A stretch of 46,640 nt of DNA, from contig NC_057718.1 in the NCBI RefSeq assembly GCF_004010195.1, positions 58,484,786 to 58,531,425 of the forward strand. Direction: 5' to 3'. Source of the DNA: Chiloscyllium plagiosum (Eukaryota). Each line of letters starts with the position of its first letter. Positions within the stretch are counted from its first letter, which is position 1. The notes beneath the pieces are model-generated. The model was not told the DNA's origin, searched no databases, and saw only the letters and a program-made list of their open reading frames with translations. The translations under genes and the position numbers were made by a program. Positions 12,106 through 24,068 of the stretch are shown one piece after another.

Positions 12106-14459
12106 AACTATTTTGAAAGGAAGCTTTCTGTTTCCAGGAAGAACTAAACTTTGAAGGTGTTTGACTTTAAACTTTGCCGGCAGGTTGCCGAACCATACTT
12201 AGAATATAAGATCACAATCTGTGTCATAGTCCTGCTGAGAGGCATTGAAGATCAGGTAGATTGAGATTCACTTACTACCTCAATTAAGAATGACCGCTAA
12301 CTGGAACGGTTAAATTGTCAGGTGAAGTTAGCTTGAGAAATATATTTGCGCTTCTGAAAGAAAATCTTCAATGATCATTTCTAATTGAACAAATGATTTA
12401 TTTATTTTCATATTTATCTTGAAGATGCAGCAAAAAGTGTTTAGTCACCACAATCTGGCATCATATAGTGTACAAAGCAAAATATGGCAGCTGCTGAAAA
12501 TCTTAAAAACAGAAAATACTGCAAATACTTAATCGGAAACCCCACCGGAGGGCTGCTGCTCTGGGCTTGACATGTATGCTCAAACTGTCAGGAAATATAT
12601 AAATGCCAGATTCATCAGCCGTACCCACAAGGTAGAGCAAAACATCATCCATTCACTACGCAATGCCATCCAGGTGCTCAAAACCAATCACAACATTGTC
12701 ATCAAACCAGCAGATAAAGGAGGAGCCGTTGTCATTCAGAATAGAACAGATTACTGCAAGGGAGTGTACCGACAACTGAACAACCAGGAACACTACAGGC
12801 AACTACCAACTGATCCGATCAAAGAACACGCCCGTGAATTAAACACATTGATCAGAACTTTGGATCCAGTCCTTCAGAGTTCCCTACGTGCCCTCATCCC
12901 ATGTACTTCTCGTGTAGGCGACTTCTACTGCCTTCCGAAAGGTGCACAAAGCCAACACACCAGGACGTCCCATCGTGTCGGGCAATGGGACCCTATGTGA
13001 GAATCTTTCCGGCTATGTTGAAGGCATCTTGAAACCTATTGTACAGGGATCCCCAGCTTCTGTGGCGACACTAGGGATTTCTTACAGAAACTCAGCACCC
13101 ACGGATCAGTCGAACCGGGAACATTCATCGTCACAATGGACGTTTCTGCACTTTACACCAGCATCCCCCACAATGATGGCATCGCGGCAACAGCCTCAGT
13201 GTTCAGCACCAACAACTGCCAATCTCCAAACACCATCCTACAACTCATCCGCTTTATCCTTGATCACAACGCCTTCACCTTTGACAACCACTTCTTCATC
13301 CAGACACATGGAACAGCCATGGGGACCAAAGTTGCACCCCAATATGCCAACATTTTTATGCACAGGTTTGAACAAGACTTCTTCCCTATGCAGGATCTCC
13401 AACCAACATTATACACCAGGTACATTGACGATATTTTCTTCCTCTGGACCCATGGCGAGGAGTCACTGATAAAACTACACAGTGACATCAACAAGTTTCA
13501 TCCCACCATCAAACAACCCATGGACTACTCTTGACTATCTGTCTCATTCTTGGACACATGCATCTCCATCAAGGATGGACAGCTACACTTCTCCAGCTTC
13601 CACCCAAAACATATTAAAACAGCCATCCCTATGGACAAGCCCTACGTGGACACCGGATCTGCTCAGATGAGGAGGAACGTGACGGACACCTGAAAGTACT
13701 CAGGGATGCCCTCACAAGAACGGGGTACGATGCCCAACGCATCAACCGCCAGTTCCGACGTGCCACAGCAATGAACCATACTGACCTCCTCAGGAGACAG
13801 ACACAGACAGACACGTGCTGACACGTGTACCCTTGGTTGTACAGTATTTCCCAGGAGTTGAAAAACTATGCCATGTTCTTCGTGACCTGCAACACATTAT
13901 CAATGAGGATGAGCACCTCACCAAGACCTTCTCCACACCTACGCTACTTGCCTTTAAACAACCGCCAAACCTCAAACAGATCATTGTTCGTAGCAAACTG
14001 CTCGGCTGTCAGGACAACTCCATACAACCCTGTCACGGCAGGCGCTGCAAGACGTGTCAGAGTGTGGACATAGATACCACCATTACGCGTGGGGACACCT
14101 CCCACCTTGTACATGGCAGGTACTCATGTGACTCAGCCAACGTTGTCTATCTTATACGTTGCAGGTAAGGATGCCCTGAGGCATGGTACATTGGGGAAAC
14201 TGAGCAAAGGCTACGACAATGGATGAATGGGCACCGCACAACAATCAACAGACAGTAGGGTTCCCTCCCCAGTTGGGGAACACTTCAGTGGTCCAGGACA
14301 TTCAACCTCGGACCTTCGGATGACCATCCTCCAAGATGGACTTCAGGCAGCAGCGAAAAGTGGCCAAGCAGAGGCTGATAGCTAAGTTCGGTACCCATAG
14401 GGAGGGCCTCAACCGGGACCTTGGGTTCATGTCACATTACAGGTGACCACCATTGCACT

Positions 14460-14742
14460 ATACACACACACACAGACACTCCTATACACACACACTCTCT
14501 CACACACACAGGCACTCCTATACACACATACACACGGACTCACATATACACAGATGCGCACACAGACACACACCCTTACAGACACCCACACACACCCTTA
14601 CAGACACACACACTCCCACACTCACACATGCACGCCCTCACAGACTTAAGACACTCACTACACACACACATACTCACACTCACGACCCCCAACCCAGACA
14701 GACAGACAGACACACACAGACAAAGACCCACATGCACACATA
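14460..14742. repeat. Imperfect (CA)-rich microsatellite in the PLE 3' region
   Basis: Runs of CA and CAGA, explaining the His/Thr-rich ORFs. Confidence 0.9.
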
Positions 14743-15090
14743 TATTTTGTGGGGTGAATTTATATTTGTAGGGTTACATTGTACTTTGCTCAAAAACTGC
14801 ATGCATTCAAGTAGAACTCTGAGCTCAAAAACTATCTAAACATCAGGTCATAGAGGGGGCCAACACCTTCAACATATTGTCTAGCTATCACCATTGTTAA
14901 CAGCTAACCTGAGAATGCAACATTTTAAAGAAGGTTTTGTGATTTACACATGAAAGAAGTGAAACAATCATGGCATTCAAACAGATGAAAGACTTAACAG
15001 ACAATCAACTTTTCAATGTGTAATTTCAGTTACATCACACTGTAAATCTTCGCTATAAATTCTGTGTGTTAAGATTGAGCCCTCCACTAT

Positions 15091-15125
15091 CACCTGATGA
15101 AGGAGCATCGCTCCGAAAGCTAGTG
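15091..15125 (+). ncRNA. Minimal type I hammerhead ribozyme in the PLE terminal repeat
   Basis: CAC-CTGATGA-A-GGAGC(ATC)GCTCC-GAAA-GC-TA-GTG: intact core, 5-bp stem II, 3-bp stem I and palindromic AGCT in place of stem III. Confidence 0.8.
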
Positions 15126-15274
15126 TGCTTCCAATTAAACCTGTTGGACTATAACCTGGTGTTGTGTGATTTTTAACTTTAATCGGAAAGGCAGCTTTGG
15201 TGGGAAGAGAAACAGACTTAATGTTTTGGGTCGATTACCTATTTTGTTGAATGTTAACTATTTCACTTTGCACA

Positions 15275-15586
15275 GGCAAGGTTTCTCAGTGGTTAGCACT
15301 GCTGCCTTACAACAGCAGGTACACTGGTTCAATTCCAGCTTCAGGCAACTGTCTGTGAAGTTTGCACATTCTCTCTGTGTCTATGCGGGTTTCTTCTGGA
15401 TGTTCTGGTTTCCTCCCACGGTCCAAAGATGTGCAGGTCAGGTGAATTGGTCATGCTAAATTGCCCATAGTGTTAAGTGCATTAGTCAGAGGGAAATGGA
15501 TCTCGGTGGGTTACTCTTTGGAGGGTCATAGTGGACTTGTTGGGCCTCAGGGCCTGTTTCCACACTGTAGCGGAATCTAATAGAAT
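15275..15586 (+). mobile_element. HE1-type SINE, diverged
   Basis: CAGTGGTTAGCACTGCTGCCT head, GGTTCAATTCC, V-domain and GGGCCTGTTTCCACACTGTA tail. CACAG occurs on both flanks. Confidence 0.88.
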
Positions 15587-15917
15587 CACAGATGCTGCCT
15601 GACCTATTGAAAATTTCCACTGCTTTTCCTTTTCAATCTTTTATGTGCAAATAGTTGTTTAATCTTTTTCACACATGTCATAGATTGTTTAATACATGAA
15701 TGGTGTGAATGTAAATGCCAGAGAAAGTGAAATATTTTATAATTAGACTGTTTTGTTTCCCTGTAATGCCAGTGCAATGTGCTGTTGACTATAAGCTATG
15801 CTTATCAGACGACTGGATTTTTCTGTATCAGAATAGTCTCAGGAGGAACAAGTGGACAAGGTGGAAGCGAAAGATGATTTTTTTTTACTCTGTTACTTGT
15901 TAAATGTCAAGTATTAC

Positions 15918-16615
15918 AGTGTTATAGAACAAAGAGATCTAAGGGTGCAGGTTCATAGCCCCCTGAAAGTTATAGGTAGACAGGATGGTGAAGAAGGCTT
16001 TCAGCATTCTTGCTTTTATCGGTCAGAGAATTGAGTATGGGAGTTGGGATGTCTTGTTGCTATACAAGAAGTTGATGAGGCCACATTTGGGGTACAGTAT
16101 GCAGTTCTGGTTGCCCTACAATAAAAAGAATATTGCTAAACTAGAAAGAGTGCAGAAAAGATTTACTAGGATGCTAACTGGACTAGAGGGTTTCAGTTCT
16201 GAGGAGAGGCTGGATAGGCTGGGACTTTGTTCCGTGGAGCATAGGAGACGGAGAAGTGACCTTATAGAGGTCTAAAATACCATGAGAGGCATAGATAAGG
16301 TATATAGCTAACAGCACGGTAGAGGAGTCTAAAACTAGAGAGCATAGGCTTAAGGTGAGAGGGGTGATATACAAAAGGGTCTAGAGGGGTAATTTTTTCA
16401 CACAGACAGTGGTGAGTGTCTGGAACTGGCTGCCAGAAGTAGTAGTGGAAGTGAGTGCAATTTTGTCATTTAAGAAACATTTAGACAGGTGGGATAGGTA
16501 TGGAGGGATATGCACTAAACACAGGCAAATGGGACTAGTTTAATTGTGAGAACTGGGCGACATGGGCTAGTTGGGCCGAAGGGCCTGTTTCCATGCTGTA
16601 GACCTCTCTGACTCA
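15918..16615 (+). mobile_element. CR1 LINE 3' fragment
   Basis: VKKAFSILAFIGQRIEY...RPHLGYSMQFW...LERVQKRFTRML, followed by the GGGCCGAAGGGCCTGTTTCC tail. Confidence 0.92.
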
Positions 16616-16619
16616 TTTG

Positions 16620-17885
16620 GGTTGGTTAGCACGGCTTTGTGCGTGGAAAATCATGTCTTGTGAAATTGATTGAGTTTTTTGAAAGGGTGACCAAGAAAGT
16701 AGATGAAAGCTAAGTTGTCTACATAAACTTTAGCAAGGCCTTTGACAGGGTACCGCAGAGTGGGTTGTTGAATAAAGTTAAAATTCATGGGATCCAGGAA
16801 GAGCTGGTCAATTAGATACAAAATTGGTTTGAAGGTAGAAGAAAGGAAGTGATATTAGAGATTATTTTTCAAACTGGAGCCCTGTGATAAGCAGTGTGCC
16901 ACCGGGATCGGTGCTGGGTCCACTGTTATTCGTCACTTATATAAATAATTTGGATGAGGACTTAGGAGATATGGTTAATACGTGTGCAGATGACACCAAG
17001 ATTGGTGGTATAGTGGGCAATGGAAGAAGGTTATCTGGAAATACAGCGAAATCTTGAGCAGGTAGGCTGAGGAATGGCCAATGCAGTTCAATTCAGATAA
17101 ATGTGAGGTGTTGCATTTTGATAGGTCAAACCAGGACAGGACATGCACAGTCAATGATATAGCCCTGGGGAATATTATAGAACAAAGAGATGTAGGAGTA
17201 CAGGTTCATAGCTTTTTGATAGTGGAGTCACAGGTAGACAGAGTGGTGTAGAGGGCTTTTTGGCATGGATACTTTCATCGGGTCAGAGCATTGAGAATAA
17301 GAGTTGGGACATCTTATTGCAGCTCTACAAGATGATAGTAAGGCCACATGTGGAGTACTGCATGTAGTTCTTGTCGCCCTACTATAGAAAGAGTATTATT
17401 AAATAAGATTTACTAAGATGCTAACTGTATTGGAAAGTTTGAATTATAAGGAAAGGCTGGATGGTCTGGGATTTTTTACTCTGGAGCGTAGTAGACTGAG
17501 GGGTGACATTATTGGAGGTCCAGAAGATCATGAAAGGCATAGAATTGGCAGATAGCCAACAGCTTTTCTCCATGGTATAGGAGTCTAAAATTAGAGAGCA
17601 TAGGTTTAAGGTGAGAGGGGAGAGATACAAAAGGATCCAGAGGGGCAATTCTTTCACGCAGAGGTTGGTGAGTTTCTGGAATGGATTGCCAGAGGATGTG
17701 GTGGAGGCAAATATAATTTTGACATTTAAGAAACATTTGGACAAGTACATGGATGGGATGAGTATGCAGGGATATAGACTAAATGCAGGCAAATAGGACT
17801 AGGTAGATTGTGAAAACTGGGTGGCAAGAGCAAGTTATGCTGAAGGTCCTAAGACCATGCTGTAAACATCAAATACTCTATGACC
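16620..17885 (+). mobile_element. CR1 LINE RT-to-3'-end fragment, directly after the previous copy
   Basis: QHGFVRGKSC, FSKAFD, GSVLGPLLF and ADDTK motifs, FTQRLVSFWNGLP, and tail ACTCTATGAC. Confidence 0.92.
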
Positions 17886-18000
17886 CAAGATTGTTCCTAA
17901 ATCATTCATTTAATCTAACATTTCTTCATCAAATAATGATCAAAATTTGCAGATATCCATTTTGTACTATGTAAATGTAGTTCCCTGACAGATCCGCTGA

Positions 18001-18006
18001 TTTATT
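18001..18006 (-). promoter_or_regulatory. Candidate polyadenylation signal of the minus-strand gene
   Basis: AATAAA on the minus strand about 610 nt past the predicted stop codon at 18617. Confidence 0.4.
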
Positions 18007-18616
18007 CAGTGATAGTTGAATCATACATGCCAAGAGACCAGCTTTGATATCTTTGCTGGGTTTACTCATTCCAGCCAGAATGGTGGTGGGGATCACATAG
18101 TCTTAGAACTCTTATTTCAGGCAGAGTAAAGATCCATCACACATTCACTATTGTTGACTTTGCATTGAATGACAAGAGGATTGTTTTAAATTGTAATGTT
18201 CACTTCGTCAAATACACCAGAATCATTCATGATTGAGCGCAAGGTGATAGCCAATTTGATGAGTTACTGGAGGGATTTGGAGAATTACACCACAGCAAGG
18301 TCTCAATGTCTTTAGGTAGAAAGGGCTTTAAATAAGGCTGATCAACATCTAACAAAAACCCAGATATCATTGTAAGTTACAAAGTACAGATATTGTCTCT
18401 CATTCTCTTTCATATTGCATAGACTTCATATGCTGATTCCCCTTTCCTGTGCTGTTGCATTTGGGATTTTGTAACATTGATGAATATGAATGACAACATG
18501 ACCTTGAGCATTGTGGGTGTCATGAATAATACCATGTCCAGAGAATAAGAATTCTTCTAAAAATCTTTTCAACACCAGAAAAAGCTTCAGGTAATGTTAT
18601 TCAGTACTTATGAAGG

Positions 18617-18698
18617 CTATGAAAATAGCTTTGGATTTCTGAACTGCTTGATCACATGGAGAATGAAATCTTCAAAGCTGATGCTTGCTATTGTCAGG
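18617..18698 (-). CDS. Predicted terminal coding exon of minus-strand gene: LTIASISFEDFILHVIKQFRNPKLFS*
   Basis: Acceptor TTGTCCCTATAG, phase-2 start matching the previous exon, 26 codons then TAG, in non-repeat DNA. Confidence 0.6.
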
Positions 18699-19111
18699 CT
18701 ATAGGGACAATTCTTTTAATTTCATCATTAGCATATCATTCCATCTCAAAAATCCCATGCTATGCTTCATGAAATAAGCTCTCTTGATCATCTGAAAAAC
18801 TTGCATTTGATTGTAGATGCTTTTTAAAGCCAAATAATATATCATTATAATGAAAAATTTAAAGTTTACTCTCTAAGCTCCACCTGTTGATATGTTAATA
18901 CATATGTGTGTTTGTATAAGTATCGACTAACTTTGTTATAAATTTGAAAGTATATGTCGAAGTAAAAGCTATAGAACAAGTATCTGTTACATGCTATAGC
19001 TAGTCATTGTTAATCTTCTGACAATTTTTACTGTTTCAGGAATCTCCCAAGATTGCAGAAATCTCACCCTTGCAATTTGATAGGAGCTTCAGTTGAATTA
19101 GTAACTGTAGG

Positions 19112-19753
19112 AACAAATTACTGTAGATGCTGAAATCTGAACAACAAATGCTGGAGATTATAGTGAGCCAGACAGCATCCATGGAGAGACAGCAAGCTAA
19201 CATTTCCAGTCTAAATGACTCTTCATCAGAGCTGAAGTGAAGTTGGAGGGGACAGCATTCATGCTATAGTTTGGGAGGGAGCCAATTCCAACCTTCCCAT
19301 AGCTCGCATACCCACGAGTTCTCTGCATGCTGCAGTGCTCCAACGAATCACTGTGCAAACTGTAGGAACAACATCTCATCTTCAGAGCAGCATTTTACAG
19401 CCTTCTGGACTTAACATCAGTTCAACACCTTCAAATTGTGAACCAACTCTCATTTCTTCCCTTTGTTTTAGCTTGTTATATTCTGTTATCTGTCTTCTCT
19501 CCCCTCTTCCTGTCCCAGTGGGATTGTCTGTCCTTTCAAGTTTGACAGTTAGACACGCTACTGTTCTGCCATTCTTACATTCCGATCACTTAATCTGAAC
19601 TATTAACATGCTTACTCCACTAGCACCCTATACCCACTACCCCAACACCCCCTCCTCTCAAACTATAGCATAAATGCTATCCCTTCCACACTTCATTTCA
19701 GCTCTGATAAAGAGTCATCTAGACTCAAAACATTAGTTTGCTCTCCCGCCTTG
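19112..19753. mobile_element. PLE 3' remnant with inverted terminal repeats and GIY-YIG C-terminal relic
   Basis: About 100-bp inverted arms (19183-19281, 19651-19746), each with a hammerhead remnant. Internal decayed EQHLIFR...LQPSGLNI. Flanked by near-duplicate GAATTAGT(A/G)ACTGT at 19095 and 19754. Confidence 0.8.
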
Positions 19754-20217
19754 GAATTAGTGACTGTGGTAGAAAAGAATGTCACAGAAGAAGGGTCAAT
19801 AGTTCACTGAGACTAATGGGAGCTGGGTATTGGGGCAGAAGCATTGTGCAGGGACTTTAAAAGGATGCAGGCTGCCTGAGTGACAGGGTGAAGTGTTCAG
19901 CAAATGTACAGACTCTTGGGACATATGGTAAAGTTAAATTTTCCTCCAGGCTTGTTTCACTGTAGGAAGTGATCAGGGCTGCATATCTGCATTCAACCCC
20001 AATCTAGTCATGATTCCAATGCTCTTATCTGGGTTCAGGTCATTAAAGTAGAAAAGTAAACTCCCAATTTCTGCTGCACAAAGGGAGTATTCTCGTGCTG
20101 TTGAGTTAAATCCAACAGCGCTGCACTGAGACATTTGATGCAGTTTAGAGAGAAAGGAGCTGTGTTTAAGAAGGAGACACCAGCTTCCATAAAATAAAAA
20201 GAATGTTCGGCTAATAC

Positions 20218-20258
20218 ATGTTGGAAAGAAACATCATGGAAACTCTTGGCAAGTCCAT
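20218..20258 (-). CDS. Predicted internal exon (41 nt): MDLPRVSMMFLSN(I)
   Basis: Acceptor CTATTCCTTTTCAG, weak donor AT|GTATTA, phase 0 to 2. Confidence 0.5.
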
Positions 20259-20494
20259 CTGAAAAGGAATAGCCAGGTTCCCTACCTCCTGCAGTTCCAT
20301 CCATAGAGTTCCTGAATCAACTTGAGCTGGATTCTGCCACTCCTTGCAATTCTCTTGAAATTAATGTGTTCTGATGGTGATAAAGTGGTAATCCAAAACT
20401 TTTGATTTCCTTTAACTGGTTTTAATACCTGGGATTTTTAAGGATTTAAGTATTGTTTAAAAATGTTTTAAAAATAACAGTTAACTTATAAAAG

Positions 20495-20690
20495 AAAAAC
20501 AGAAGTTGCTGGAAAAGCTCAGCAGGTCTGGCAGCATCTGTGAAAAAAAAAATCAGAGTTAACATTTTCGGTCCAATGACCCTTCCTCATTTCTGATTTC
20601 TCTTCACAAATGCTGCCAGACCTGCTGAGTTTTTCCAGCAACTTCTGTTTTTGTTTCTGATTTACAGCATCCAACAGCCCTTTTGGTTTT
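20495..20690. mobile_element. PLE-derived fold-back (inverted terminal repeat) element
   Basis: 50-bp arms 20495-20544 and 20603-20652 are reverse complements with 2 mismatches. Confidence 0.8.
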
Positions 20691-22337
20691 TATTGACTTA
20701 AAAAGACCTCGGTTGACTGCAGGTTGAGCCAGTTCATGAAACCATTGGAACAAACAACCAGTTTGAGCCAAAAATAACTAACTTCATTATCAAACGGCAT
20801 TGAAAGTTAAGGTTGCACTTCCTATTCAGTTTACACCTTCATGGATATGTTCCCGATATGGGTGATGATTGACTTCCAATTTATCCAGTTTGGAAAAACA
20901 GTGAAGTCAGATGTGGGAATACACAAATAAACATTGTTTCAATCAGCTGTTTTTGGCAAAGCAGTAGAGAGAGAGAAATAGTTTTGTAACAGTAGAACTG
21001 AAAGACCGCGTCTCTCTCTCTCTTTTTCTTTCTCTTTGTCTCTCCCTGTTTCTTCTCAGTCTCTGGAAAGATAAGATAGTGATAAAATAAATCAGAAAAA
21101 CACCTATTTACTAGGAACTCAATAATATCTCCATAGATACAGGGTAAAATACATCAATTGAACAACTACGGTCTCAAAGACTCAAAGGACTTTTAAGCTT
21201 TTCTGTTTATTTTCCTTTTTATACGATATCGTTCCCCTTAAACTCTATACCTGTGTTTCTGCGCGTATTTTACAATGCATTTTATTGTTTTTCTTGGTGT
21301 TAGTAAGCAATAACATTTTTCCTTCTTTGAGGGCAAAAGTCTTCGGTGCCTATCCCTATTTCAAACAAGTATGCTGTTTTGGAAAATATTGGGGATTGAT
21401 GGATTCTCAGGGGAATGCAGCACGAACAGCCAAGTTTCTGGTATTGAGACAGGTTGTAATGTAATGAGGGTTATGTTGGGTTCCAAGCAATCGATTGTGT
21501 TGGGGAATCTCTAGTCAGAGGCACAGATAGACGTTTCTGTGGCTAGCAGTGAAAAATCAGAATAGTGTGGTGCCTCCCTGGTGCCAGGATCAAGGATGTC
21601 TCAGAGAGGGTGCAGAATGTTCTCAAAGGGGAGAGGGACCAGCAGGACGTCATTGTATACATTGAAACCAATGTTTAAGGAAGAGAAAAGGATGAGATTC
21701 TGAAGGGAGAATGTAGAAAGTTAGGCAGGAATTTAAAAAGGAGATCCTCGGGAGTAGTATTATCTGGATTACTCCCGGTACTACAAGCTAGTGAAGGTAG
21801 TAATAGGAGGTGAGAGCAGATGAATACGTGGCGGAAGAGCTGGTGTATGGGAGAACAATTCATACTTTTGGATCATTGGAATCTCTTCTGGGGTAGAAAT
21901 GACCTGTACAAGAAGGATGGATTGCACCTGAATTGGAAGGGGACGAATATACTGGCAGGGAGATTTGCTAGAGGTGCTTGGGAGGACCCAGGGAGATAGT
22001 GAGGAAAGAGATCAATCTGAGACTGGTACAGTTGAGAAAAGAAGTGAGTCAAACAGTCAGGGCAGGCAGGGACAAAGCAGAGAACAAGGTCGGACTGATA
22101 TATTAAACTGCGTATATTTCAATGCAAGAGACCGAATAGGGAAGGCAGATGAACTCAGGGCATGGTTAGGAACATGGGACTGGGATATCATAGCAATTAC
22201 TGAAATGTGGCCCAAGGATGGACAGGACTGAAGCCTAATGTTATAGCGTATAAATGCTACAGGAAGGATAGAAAGCGAGGCAAGAGAGGATAAGGAAGCA
22301 GCGTTTTTGACAAGAGGTAAAATTACAACTGTGCTTA

Positions 22338-24068
22338 ACGTAGAACATAGAACATTACAGTGCAGTTATTTTTATCAGCCCCTTCGACCTTCGATGTTGC
22401 GCTGACCTGTGAAAATAATCTGATGTCTGTCTAACCGTTCCATTATTATCCATATTAATGTACAATGCCCATTTAAATGCACTTAACATCAGCGAGTCTA
22501 CTACTCTTGCAGGCAGGCCGTTCCATGCCCCTACTTCTCTCTGAGTGAAGAAACTTACCCTAATATCTCTTCTAAATCTTTCACCCCTCAATTTAAAGTG
22601 TGTCCCCTTATGTTAGCCTTCACCATCTGAAGAAAAAGACTCTCACTGTCCACCCTATCTAACTCTCTGATTATCTTATACGTCTCGATTAAGTCACCTC
22701 TCAACCTTCTTCTCCAAAGAAAACAGCCTCAGTTCCCTCAGTCTTTCCTCATAAGACCTCCCTTACATACCAGGCAACATTCTAGTAAATCTCCTCTGAA
22801 CACTTTTGAAAGCTTCCACATCCCTCCTATAATGCGGTGACCTGAACTGCACGCAATACTTCAGGTGCGGCTGCACCAGTGTCTTGTATAGCTGAAACAT
22901 GACCTTGTGACTCCGAAACTCAATCCCCCCACCAAGAAACCCTCAACACATCAAATGCCTTCTTAACAACCGTACCAACCTGGGTGGCAACTTTCAGGGA
23001 TTTATGCACATGGACACCAAGATCTCTCTCTTCATTTTCATTGTCAAGAACTTTACCATTAACCCAGTATTCTGCATTCCTGTTATTTCTTCTGAAGTGA
23101 ACTACCTCACACTTTCCCGCATTAAACTCCATTTGCCACTTCTCAGCCCAGCTCTGCATCTTATCTATCACCCTCTGTAATCCACAAGATCCTTCAGCTC
23201 TATCCACAACATTGCCCACCTTAGGGTCATCCGCAAATTTACTAACCCATCCGTCCACGCCCACATCCAGATCATTTATAAAACTGTCAAACAGCAGTGG
23301 CCCCAAAACACAACTTTGCGACACACCACTAGTAACTGAGCTCCAGGATGTACATTTCCCATCAACCACCACCCTCTGTCTTCTTTGAGCTAGCCAATTT
23401 CTGATCCAAACCGCTAAATCACCTTCAATCCCATAGTTTGTGCAATAGCCTACTGTGTGGGACCTTATCAAATGCCTTACTGAAGTCCATATACACCACA
23501 GCAACCACTTTAAATTCATCAACCTGTTTTGTAACCTTCCCAAAGAACTCAATAAGGTTAGTGAGGCATGACCTACCCTTCACAAAACCATGCTGACTAT
23601 CCTTAATTAAATTATTCCTATCGAGATGATTATAAATCCCATCTGTTATAACCTTTCCAATACCTTACCGACAACCAAAGTAAGGCTCACTGGTCTATAA
23701 TTGCCACGGTTGTCCTGACTCCCCTGCTTAAACAAGGGAACAACATTTGCTTCCTTCAGTCTTCTGGCACTATTCCTGTAGACAGTGATAACATAAAGAT
23801 CAAAGCCAAAGGCTCTGCAATCTCCTCCCTGGCTTCCCAGAGAACCTGAGAATAAATCCCATTTGGCCCAGGGGTCTTATCTATTTTCAGATCTTCCAAA
23901 ATTGCTAAATCTCCTCTTTGTCAACCTCAATCCCATCTAATCTTGTAGCCTGCATCACCATTTTATCACTAACATTGCCCTTTTCCAATGTGAATACTGA
24001 TGAAAAGTATTCATTAAGTGCACAAATTTACACTACTATCTTTGATTGGCCCTAATCTAACTCTAAGA
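22338..24068 (-). mobile_element. Nested antisense CR1 LINE (RT and 3' end)
   Basis: Minus ORF 22920-23552 with WIRNWLAQRRQRV...SKFADD...WQMEFN. ORF 22355-22591 has FFTQREVGAWNGLP. TTCTATG tail at about 22340-22353. The host CR1 resumes at AGGGAGGATATTCC. Confidence 0.93.

Larger units (their letters stand above)
12540..15178 (+). mobile_element. 5'-truncated Penelope-like retroelement (Neptune type), pseudogenised RT + GIY-YIG endonuclease
   Basis: Motifs IKPADKGGAVV, MDVSALYTSIPH, GTAMGTKVAPQYANIFM, RYIDDIFFLW, Cys-rich linker PCHGRRCKTC and VVYLIRC...WYIGET, with frameshifts and stops. An 11-bp direct repeat TTAATCGGAAA flanks it (12529-12539, 15179-15189). Confidence 0.95.

Noticed and set aside
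12572..14168. Active or domesticated reverse transcriptase
   Set aside because: 5'-truncated, with frameshifts, stops and an internal deletion near 13580. The CR1 ORFs in the window are likewise broken.
14421..14839. His/Thr-rich ORFs
   Set aside because: Translation of a (CA)-rich microsatellite inside the PLE.
19025..19100. Plus-strand acceptor TTTTACTGTTTCAG
   Set aside because: No compatible donor or partner exons found, and the frames run into stops or the PLE remnant.
20035..20304. 89-aa minus-strand ORF from the track
   Set aside because: No recognisable motif. It overlaps the predicted exon 20218-20258 in a different frame and is probably incidental.
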